Assembly: GCA_032718475.1 (NCBI GenBank)
Contig: JAUCBJ010003826.1
Coordinates: 1-63,009, forward strand
DNA length: 63,009 nt
Reading direction: 5' to 3'
DNA from: Nemertoderma westbladi
Lineage: Eukaryota > Animalia > Xenacoelomorpha
How positions within the stretch are numbered: the first letter of the stretch is position 1; the number at the start of each line of letters is the position of its first letter. A program made the position numbers and the translations under genes. The notes below the pieces were generated by a model. It had not been told where the DNA came from, did not search any database, and saw only the letters and a list, made by a program, of their open reading frames with translations. Of this stretch, positions 25,133 to 34,712 are shown one piece after another.

Positions 25133-26123
25133 CGATGCTAGATACGATAGACGCGAAGATAGATATCAGTCGGAATACAGAAGAGACGATAGGAGAGATG
25201 ACTACGGAGATAGAAGGTACCATGACGACAGACGAGATACTGGAGACAGGAGGTACCATGAAGAAAGTCGTTATTATGATGATATGCGGGACAGATACAG
25301 AAATGACCCTAATGATGACAGACGTGATTACAGGCCGGATGACAGACGTGATTATAGGCCGGATGACAGACGTGATTACAGGCCGGATGACAGACGTGAT
25401 TACAGGCCGGATGACAGACGTGATTACAGGCCGGATGACAGACGTGATTATAAGCCGGATGACAGACGTGATTACAGGCCGGATGACAGACGTGATTATA
25501 AGCCGGATGACAGACGTGATTACAGGCCGGATGACAGACGTGATTATAAGCCGGATGACAGACGTGATTACAGGCGTGAGACTGAAGGCGATAGACGGCA
25601 CTATGATGACAGAGGTAGAGATATAAGATATGATGACGATAGACGCATGATTGATAGTGAGGAGAGATATCAGGAAGATAGGCGAGACAAATACAGAGAT
25701 ATTAGATACCCCCCAGCTGAAGGCAGCCGTGATGACAGGCGGGATGAGAGACCTGGAGACAGGGCTGATGACAGGCGTGGTTCCGAAGAAAGCAGAAGGT
25801 ACCCCCCAGCTGATATGCGTGATGCTGGAGAGGAGATTAAGCCAAGGTTCCGCGCTAACGGGCAGGACGCTGTAGGAGAGAGAAGATATCAGGATGAGAA
25901 TCGCGATGATGGGAGGAGACTAGGCGATGGAAGACGAGGGGGTGACGGTGAAGACCGTCGTGGAAGGCGGGGAGATGAAAGGCGAGAAAGGAGAGACGAG
26001 GGTCGGGATCGGAGGCCCGATAGAGATTACGACGACAGCGGTTACGAGGAGAAAGGGGATGATACCGGTGATGGTAAACCCGAGAGGAGGGGGAAGACCG
26101 CGCCTGCGTCTCCCAAACCCCCG
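25133..26123 (+). CDS. Internal host-gene exon encoding an Arg/Asp-rich low-complexity region
   Basis: Acceptor tttttttatAG ends at 25132 and donor GTAAGT starts at 26124. The frame is open throughout (DARYDRREDRY...KTAPASPKPP), with a purine-rich composition distinct from the flanks. Confidence 0.8.
25312..25575 (+). repeat. 24-bp coding tandem repeat (RPDDRRDY/KPDDRRDY, about 11 copies)
   Basis: Unit ccggatgacagacgtgatta(c/t)a(gg/ag). Confidence 0.95.
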
Positions 26124-26334
26124 GTAAGTGGAGAGAAGGAATTTATATGAACTAACTATTGGCCGACCGACTATTCTTCTGATCTGGAGTTAGAACCTCT
26201 CAGCAATGTATGATCGCATTGCTTTTCCTTATTTAAAATTTGATCGCAAAGTAAGAGCAAAGGCTCAACTTGTACGAATTTGAAAATTTTATTATTTATT
26301 ATGATGTAATGTAAATGGTTTTGTTCAGAAGTGG

Positions 26335-26437
26335 AAAAAATGAGAAAGCGCGTCACCGGGGGTTGAACCAGCGCTATACGTACGTTTCGGCCTAACAGGC
26401 CTCATCAGTAGCGCTAACCAGCTCAGCCACTAGCCCC
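26335..26437 (-). ncRNA. tRNA-derived Pol III unit (SINE-like head) containing a hammerhead ribozyme
   Basis: Minus strand: GGGGCTAG-TGGCTGAGCTGG (A box)-TT-[hammerhead]-GGTTCAACCCC (B box)-CGGTGACGCGCTTTCTCA-TTTTTT (terminator). Confidence 0.75.
26370..26415 (-). ncRNA. Minimal type I hammerhead ribozyme
   Basis: AGCGCUA-CUGAUGA-GGCCU guu AGGCC-GAAA-CGUACG-UA^-UAGCGCU. Perfect core, 7-bp stem I, 5-bp stem II, palindromic ACGUACGU stem III. Predicted cut between 26377 and 26376. Confidence 0.9.
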
Positions 26438-28209
26438 TGACACTCACACTCCCACCTAATCCACTTCTATTGAACGAATTATTTATTATTATTATAGCGT
26501 GATCATGTGAGGTTACCAGATACGACACCCCAAAATGTATATGGTCCTTTTGTGACCTTAATTCTAATTAACCAAATTTTAAACTCACTATTAAATAATG
26601 TGTTAATGTATGTAGGCCTTCGTAATAATATGTATCAGTCACTATGCAGTCAGACGACAAACCAAATTATTATCCATGACTGAGATTGATTGATCTACTT
26701 AGATGAGTTTGTGTATATCGATTGTTATGAATTATATTTTTCTCGTTGTCTCGTATACTCCCTCCGAAATTATGACCGTGCTGATATTAATAGCTATATA
26801 TTTATATGCTCCGTTCCAGAATTGGAGTGAGAAGAGTCGATTCGCTGTTCTTGGAGAAGAAAATGATTAGATGATACACTTTCGTTGTCATGGTTACTGG
26901 ACAATTACAATATTTCCATGGTGATAAGTTGTGGAGCCCCCTCTGGTAGTCTGTTGTGCCTTGCGCAATGGTTCTATCAGAGGGGGCGAAACCATATTAA
27001 TGTGATTAATTAATATTAGGCCTTGGGATTGAAATGGTTATCTCTACGATGATATATTACGCTATTTACGTAGATTATTAGCTTTCAATTGGTTTTTCGG
27101 TTTGCGAGAATAATGAGAGTTTTTCCACTATTCGAATATGTCGAATTTTAATGATATTATATGAAGAATTTCACTTTTAGCATATTGCGAAAAGATATTC
27201 GATGCCATTATATTGAAAGCAAAGCGGAGAAGTTTAATGACATAATGGGTGGTTTGAATAAAAACAAGTATGTACTCTAAAGTATATACTTCATGGATAA
27301 GTAAAGAGTAAAGTTTTAAGGGGAAGTATTGAGTAAAGTATAGAGTAAAGTTTAGTTGATGGCTTGAATAAAACAATACTTATGCGCATACTCTTTACTC
27401 TATACTTTACTTGTGCTAGCAAACCAATCACAGTTTGCCTATTAAACGTAAAGCTTGTAATTGGCTGATGGCACATTATTGTTGCTGTTGCTATGTAAAC
27501 GCCATAAACAAATATACATAGGCTAAATTTGTTTTCTTTGTAATAACTAATCGCCTGTAAATTTCCTTTCAGTTCTTCAGAATCGGTACCGGTGTGGCGT
27601 GGAATGTACGTACACTCCTAAAGGAAGTATAAAATTGTGTGGTAGCTATAGTTATTAGTGTTAGCTAGTGATATTTATGGTAGCTTGTTTATCTCAAAAA
27701 ATAGCTATATTATTCGTAAATTTTTTTAAAATAAATTTAGTTTCTTTTAACATTTTTTTTACTTTGTGTTTTTTCATGGTAGCTTGTATTTAAATGTTAG
27801 CTTGTACTTTTAAAATAATATGCCAAATAGTGTAATACAAAATGGAATAACAATAGTATAATACATGATGAAATAACAACTAAACTAAAAATTAGTAAAA
27901 TAGCTTTATAATGAAAATTTTTAAAACACTAGCTACCATTAAAAAACACTAGCTACCTTAAAAATACATCGGCTATCAAAGATTTAGTACAAGCCGATCA
28001 TATTCATAAAAAATTTATAAACGTCGCTTACATAACTATGTTAAATGTCCATTAAAATGGTGAAAAACACTCCCCCCCACTAAGCCACATCCCGACCTCT
28101 GCCAACCTATTGAAAATTTGAACTGCTTATTATTCAGTCTTTTCCTGTAAAGTGTGTATACCTTTGCTTCACACCGGTACCACACCTTCAATTCCATAGT
28201 AAAACTCGT

Positions 28210-28518
28210 TATGGCAAACGAAAGAGACGTTTCCCAATTAGTAAAATTTATACAAAAATTCCCGGCGTGTCTCGAAAAGTCGCAAACTCCAACTGCGAAT
28301 GCTCATAAAAAACAAGCATTCAAGTCCATCCTCCATGAGTTTGGATGTATTGGCACCCACTATACTAGTGAGCAATTGGTAAAGAAAGTAAATAATCTAA
28401 AATGTAGGGTGAAGAATAAGAAAGATAAGCGCTATGGACAAACTTTCTTACCCTACGAGAAAGATTTTCTGGATCTGTTGGGGAATGACAATAACCCCAC
28501 ACTTGGGAAAATACCAGG
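28210..28518 (+). CDS. Myb/SANT-like DNA-binding protein of the Harbinger element, first exon
   Basis: MANERDVSQLVKFIQKFPACLEKSQTP..KKQAF..QLVKKVNNLKCRVK..LPYEKDFLDLL..NPTLGKIPG, then a possible donor AG|GTATGA. Confidence 0.7.
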
Positions 28519-28606
28519 TATGATAAATTAAAATTAAGTAACAGTATGATACTGTGCATTATATTATAATATTTTACTGTACTGTACATATGTTATTGTT
28601 ATAAAT

Positions 28607-30638
28607 TCAGCCTTGAATAGGCTTTCCAGGATTCTCATTCCGTTTCTGTTGACCAGCTGCACGCAACGCTGTCTCAGTTAATTCTTCTGCCGGTTCGTAT
28701 TCGTCATTAATCTCGGGTGTTCGCGCTTTTGAAGACCTTTAGCAGTTTAACCTGCCAAAATTTATATGTCTTTTAGTTAATTAAAACACCTTTAGCATAC
28801 GACAATATTTTATGCTAATAAACAAAACATTAACCGAAGCCAGCCCATGCGCGATCATTCACCCGATGGATACACCCGGGAGGCTGAATTCGGCTGCTTA
28901 AATTTTATTATTGCAGTGTAAGGTTGCAGTGTAAACCTACTGTATTATTCGATTGATCGTTAATAATTAATTTCTGACAGATATTATTGGCTTTCGGGAA
29001 ATATTAACAGTTCCTTTAGGACGTGGCGCTCTATCTATTTAAACAGAGCTAGGACTTATACTAAACGCAACGATACTGCTTATGATTAAAGTATAAGGCG
29101 CATTCTTTAGGAAATGCTTTGTTACCAATCACAGTCATGCACACTATTCTGCCGACCGTCAGTAAATTTGATCACACATAAAGAGAGCAGCAATTGACTC
29201 ATGTAGGGTCTGCTAACAATATGATTAGTACAGTTAAATTAAGTGGGTGAGACTAGTTAGCTGGATAACAGTTATACTTTCGATAATTTAAGCAGTTTTA
29301 CTAGAGTTCTTCCCAAAAGCCGGTGGTCTGGCGAAATATGGGAACACAACAACAGAATCATATAAAGAATCATATGACTACATGACTATACGAGGATACC
29401 AACTACCCTTATTCCCCGAAGCTCCCGTCCAACACAGAGGATGAGCATACAGATAGGAAATTCAGTTCAGTAGCTCTGGGATAGGTCAAAATCAACGCCC
29501 ACTCAAATTCTATTGGCCGATACGGACAGCAGGGCTGAGGCAACCTCCCTAAGCTGGTTGGCCGATCGAACAGAACCCAGATACCTTCGTACAGCACATC
29601 AGCCAATAAGCTGGTAGCTTGCACTATTTTAGCTATAGATCCCTTTTAGAGTATTCTAGCGACCGGGGGGGAACTGGCCAGCAAGGCAAACGAATCAGTT
29701 ATCCCACAAAAGCTTTTACACTCGGGAGCATCCTCTTCATCTGGGTTCATCGGAACTACATCTGATAAATAAAGCCCGACATTGTGAAGGATGAAACACG
29801 CCATTATCACTCGCGGAACACTTTCAATCGCAATACGCATGGAATGCTTTAGAATTGTAAAACGACGTTTTATAGCGCCAAACATCCGCTCAACAATGGA
29901 ACGTTCGGACTTGTGCATTTTGTTGAAAGTGTAGTCAGCGTGAGACTCAGGATTTTCGTACGGCGTCATTAGGTATGGAGCAATACCATACCCTTGATCC
30001 GCAAGGAGCAAGCAGTTCCTGTTTCTTAAATATGACGCCAATCCAGAAGTTTTAAAGATGCGCGAATCGTGAACCGATCCCGGCCACTGGGCAACTACAC
30101 TTGTTGCCTCCATAAAACAATTGCAGGTGGCTTGAACATTTATAGAAGGAAACTTTTTTCTATTTAGAAATTCGTTTGGGTAGTATCTATTTGGCGGTTT
30201 TTCTATGGGAATGTGTGTTCCATCTACACAACCGATGCACTGTGGGAAATTGAATTTATATTGCCACTGCCCCCTAGACGTCAGTATGTCCTGGTCGGTG
30301 ACAGGAAACTTTATCCAATGATGTTTCTTTTCCACTATTTTGGCAATAGTGGAATGAAACGTTCTACAAACCGTAGAATGGTTCACACCCATATCCTCAC
30401 CGACACCTAGCTGAAAACCAGGATCAGCCAAATAACGCAATGAGATCTCTACCCGCTGTTTATTTGACAGACAACCACCCCGCGTTTCGCCCTTATCTTC
30501 GCCCAAAAAATGGGTTGCGATCCAATCTACATTATCCTCACGAAATCTAAACAACCGCTTATAATCATGAACATAGGCAACTTGCCGAGCCGCGTACTCC
30601 TTAACTTTCCTGGGTTGAATTACTAAAATATCCGACAT
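28607..30638 (-). pseudogene. HARBI1-like DDE transposase disrupted near its C-terminus by a solo LTR
   Basis: FPQCIGCVDGTHIPI, NRKKFPSINVQATC, WPGSVHDSRIF, LLADQGY, RSIVERMFGAIKRRF, CFILHN. The true C-terminus (PEINDEYEPAEELTETALRAAGQQKRNE...*) resumes in frame at 28717-28607. Confidence 0.92.
28718..29720. mobile_element. Solo LTR (1003 bp) with a 6-bp TSD
   Basis: Begins TGTTCGCG and ends TTTTACA, flanked by CTCGGG at 28712-28717 and 29721-29726. Excision restores the transposase frame. Confidence 0.85.
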
Positions 30639-32331
30639 CTTTCCTCTTAACAGGGCTTATTATTATAATAATAAATAATGTATTTTTTAAATAACTATTT
30701 AAAAAAAAAATTTGATTATTAAATCATAGCAGCGCTTTGCAAGTGTTTAGCTAATTTTTCTTATTTTTTTAAAAATAGTTATTCAAAATATGCAAGTAAA
30801 ATTACAGGCACTATATAGCATGGGTATCAAAATTTTGAATTTTGCTTATACTCTTTTTATATGTGTTTTGGTTGTATATCATAGTGTTCTAGAATATAGT
30901 TGGAACTTCTCCCACGATACTATGGTAGCTAGTAAATATTTTTGTGGTAGATAGTAATTTTTTATGTTAGCTATAAAAAAAAGAAAAGTTTTATTTTATG
31001 TAAATAATTGTTTAATTTTTCTGAAGTTTAGTTTAAGTTTCCTGAATGAGATCCATTACATTACTCTACGAAAATAATTTAGGCTAGTTAACCCAGCAAC
31101 AATAGAGGCTTGTTAACAAACCAAAAACACATACAGTATACATACAAAAATTAAAAAATAATCAGTTTTAAACATAAATACGTACTGTACTATTACTAAG
31201 TAGTAAAAAAATAACTTGCTCCATAAAAACACTAGCTACAGTACTACTGTAACAAATAATTATTTCAAAAATAGGTGTATTACAGTAGGCAGTAAATAAC
31301 ACTAACTACCATAAAAAATACTACCAAAACATATATAACACGAGTATAAATAAAATTCAAAATTTTGGTACCCATGCAGCCATGTGCCATGCTATACTAA
31401 TATCAAATTACATTGGTGCTAATATGACCTGTTTCAAACATAGTGAATGTAGTTTTCCACAATCAAAATAGCGAGAACTAATGGAATGTATGTAGTAAAA
31501 GTATAAACGGAAACATGTTGTATGGCCATATATAGTACCATCGTAGTTCTTTAGTACTTTTTTTAGTTGATAATGTATTTTAAATATTTAAATATTTCAA
31601 ATACACACTGAAAATGGTTGATCCAGGCAATAGTAGCAGCAGGCTGTTCCTAATTACTATACCACTGGTATGCAAGTGTTAATTCGAAAAGCTATAAAAA
31701 TTCTGGAATTCCTGTAACCAGCTACAACCGATTGAATGGATAAATCCAACATGAAGTATTCCTTTCAAGCAACCTCTTGACCTACCTTGCTATTTTTGAA
31801 GTATATACTTCTTTTATTCAAACCAACTCTACTCAATACTTTACTCAATACTTTACTCTAACCTTTACTCGTATACTTTACTCGTATACTTTACTCGTAT
31901 ACTTTTCTTGTATACTTTACTTGTTTTATTCAAACCAATTTAACTTTTTTGGAGTACCTACTTGAGTATAAGTATATACTTGTTTTTATTCAAACAATTA
32001 TGTACATTTAGATTAAATAATAATACATCAAATAAGTAAGCTTACACAAATAATCACTTTTGTAAAACAATAATTTATTTCATTCATCAGTTAATAAACT
32101 GATAAACAACACACCTCAGGTTGTAGTGAATATTAGTATTCCTTTTAAATTAGTAATAATATTAATGTCATTGACCGCAAACACACGTGCGTGCGTTATT
32201 AGCATATTATTAGTTCACTTTACATACCAATAAAATATGAGATGATGCCTGATGTCTGACAGAAGGAGAACCCGCGAATACTGTCGTCATCCCCGGGGGG
32301 ACGTGTCTATCTGTATCCACTTTCAAAGTCG

Positions 32332-32847
32332 TCAATATAAAGGGGTTGTTGTAATTGTTGGCCTGCATACACTGCCGTTAAAGAACGGCTCCCGGATCGC
32401 AACAATGTTGCCGATGGACCCCCACATGTCCAAATCCCGCAAAAGTTTGGAACTGCAGTTGGCAGTTGGCGAGATTATATAGAAGACGATGTCCGAGGCA
32501 ATTTCACCGAACATCAGCAGTGAGTTATAGGCGTCAGCTTTAGCCGTAAACTTACCACTGCTGAACACTTGCATCGATCGACACTTAGCAACCTTCTTGA
32601 CGTTGAGGAGACAACAATATAAGGCGGAGTTTCTGTTACAGAACTTAAATCCTGGCGCCATCACGGTTCCCAGAGGCCAGAGCAACTGTTTGAGTTCGTC
32701 TTGCGGTTGTCCCACAGCGGGTTGCAGCTGTCCGAGAGTGGGTTCTGGTTGGTTGCCCGGCTGCAGGTTGTGGTGGACCGGTATCGGGTTGATGTTGTCC
32801 GGGATGTTCACCAACGAGATGAGAGCGGGTCGATGTTGATTTGCCAT
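32332..32847 (-). CDS. Uncharacterised ORF (171 aa), possibly a truncated TE-associated gene
   Basis: ATG follows an A-rich context in a GC-richer island within AT-rich flanks. P/Q-rich N-terminus, then a globular-looking region ending GNIVAIREP. Confidence 0.4.
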   Translation of the reverse strand: MANQHRPALISLVNIPDNINPIPVHHNLQPGNQPEPTLGQLQPAVGQPQDELKQLLWPLGTVMAPGFKFCNRNSALYCCLLNVKKVAKCRSMQVFSSGKFTAKADAYNSLLMFGEIASDIVFYIISPTANCSSKLLRDLDMWGSIGNIVAIREPFFNGSVCRPTITTTPLY

Positions 32848-34660
32848 ATTTTATTTTATTTCAATATAATCTATAACAATAACGTTAAGAAAATAAATTA
32901 TAATATATTATATATTAATTATAATAAATAATATTTTCCTATTAAACGAAAACTACGATATTGAGCATTGTAAACTATTATCTTTATTAATATGTTTGCT
33001 TATAGCCCAGATGTTTGCCTATATACTGTACTGTATGTTGTTAAAGCCCTTGCGCATTTTAATTATTTTTATTTGAAACTAAGTATGCTTTCCCGTTTTT
33101 TTAATGTCCTACTTTTTTTTTATTTTTTTTTAATATAATTCAATTGTTTTTACTTAATAATTAATATGCACCAACTGTTTATGTATGTACTGTAATTAGT
33201 AATTAACTACAAATTTAATTATTTTACTAATTATACTGTAGTCAGTTATTGTGTGTGTATACCATTACATGTATTTTTATTATAACAGTACGAGGCCATT
33301 CAGGCTTATTAGAGTACTTTGCCAGATATGTTCGTAATTGTCTTTCTACTGTAAGTGCAAAATTCAATATTTTATTGTTATTCTGGTGATATTAACCCTT
33401 TGCTGCTCGAATAATTTTTACTGTTTTAAATTTTTTTTTTAGGTTAGATAAACTGAAAACAGTCTAAAAGAACACAATAAAAATAAAAAAATAAATTTTT
33501 TTATTATTTAAATATTTTTAATGAATGTTGTTCAGGAACAACAATGAGCATTAATGGTAGCAATAATATTTGGTAAAATAGTATCAGTTTCATCTTCCCC
33601 ACTATCAATACTATCTGGTATGACAATTAAATACACCTTCTCTTTGTTCTGATACCAAACTACTACTACTACGAGCTGGAGCTTGGAGCTGCATTTTTAA
33701 TGCTTTGCCGGCTTGTCGACAAAATTTCGCCACCACAACTCCCAATCACCCATGTCATTTGCTAGATCATCCGCATCGTCAAACCCAGTGTCCTTTAAGA
33801 CGCAGTCATAAATTCATGGGCTGTCCACCATGTTTCTTCATTCCAATAGTCTGTCAAAGCACAAGATTATTCACTGGCTGGTCCTCACGGCGAAAGCAAT
33901 GTCCTGCAAAGCGGGGGTGGCTTTCTTCTAGTGAGATGGCTTTGTTCTAGTGTCAAGCTTGGGGGAACCAATGAGAGACACCTCCAATGTTATATAGTAT
34001 CTGGTTGGAGATGTGTGCATTGTACTTTGCATAGTGAACTACTACTACTACGAACGGCATGCTGCATTGCAGCTGCATTATATATATATATTACATATAT
34101 ATTAAGAATGTTCTGCCTGCTTGTCGACAAAATTTCGCCGCCCAACTCCCTATCAGCCGTGACATTTTTGCTAGATCATCCGCATCTTCAAAGCCAAAAC
34201 ACATACTAACCCAAAATCTCGAATGTGATGTGATGTACAGTACTAGGGTAGCTGGTCTAGGTACCAGTACATCGTGCAGCAGTCAAACAGCTGTAGATTA
34301 GGTGGTAAGCCAGGTAGACTTCTGGAGAGGGTCTTGTAGTCTTGGTATGGCAGTATGGTGCATGTCAGTCAGTCACGGAACAAGTGGATTAGATAGGGTA
34401 TACGCCCATCACATTCGACATTTTGTGTTATTATTGTTATTATTTTGCTTTGGTGCTAAACTACCTGTATTATAATAGTAATACAGGGAAGATTGTATGA
34501 CAGAGTAGTAATTTAGAATTTATGTAGTTTTAGTTTGATAGGCCTAACACATTTCTGCATTTTTTGTTGTTTTCGTAATTATGTATTTTCCTTGGAGAAT
34601 TTATATTTGGGTTGAGTGAGTAGGTGTAGGCTGTTTTTAGTTATTTGTTTCATTATTAAA

Positions 34661-34712
34661 CCTGATGAAGGATATGGAATATATTCGAAAATTTGGGAAA
34701 TAAACATCATTT
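34661..34712 (+). ncRNA. Degenerate Penelope-type hammerhead motif plus AATAAA (pseudo-LTR remnant)
   Basis: CTGATGA-A-GGATAT ggaat ATATTC-GAAA-ATTTGGG-AAATAAACATCA. Same layout as the motif at 59240-59299, but stem I is poor. Confidence 0.55.

Larger units (their letters stand above)
27247..31997. mobile_element. PIF/Harbinger DNA transposon (transposase plus Myb-like gene, convergent)
   Basis: Inverted termini gtttgaataaaaacaagtat (27252) / atacttgtttttattcaaac (~31976-31995), subterminal GAGTAAAGTA/TACTTTACTC repeats, and the two diagnostic ORFs. Exact ends are uncertain. Confidence 0.8.

Noticed and set aside
24948-25626. ORFs 24948-25601 (-) and 25003-25626 (+), and the LCFAL N-terminus of 25008-26150
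   Set aside because: Shadow frames of the 24-bp repeat and translation of the (CTTTG)n microsatellite upstream of the splice acceptor.
26335-26437. Functional tRNA gene or tRNA with an intron
   Set aside because: There is no proper acceptor stem or anticodon loop; only the A/B boxes are tRNA-like.
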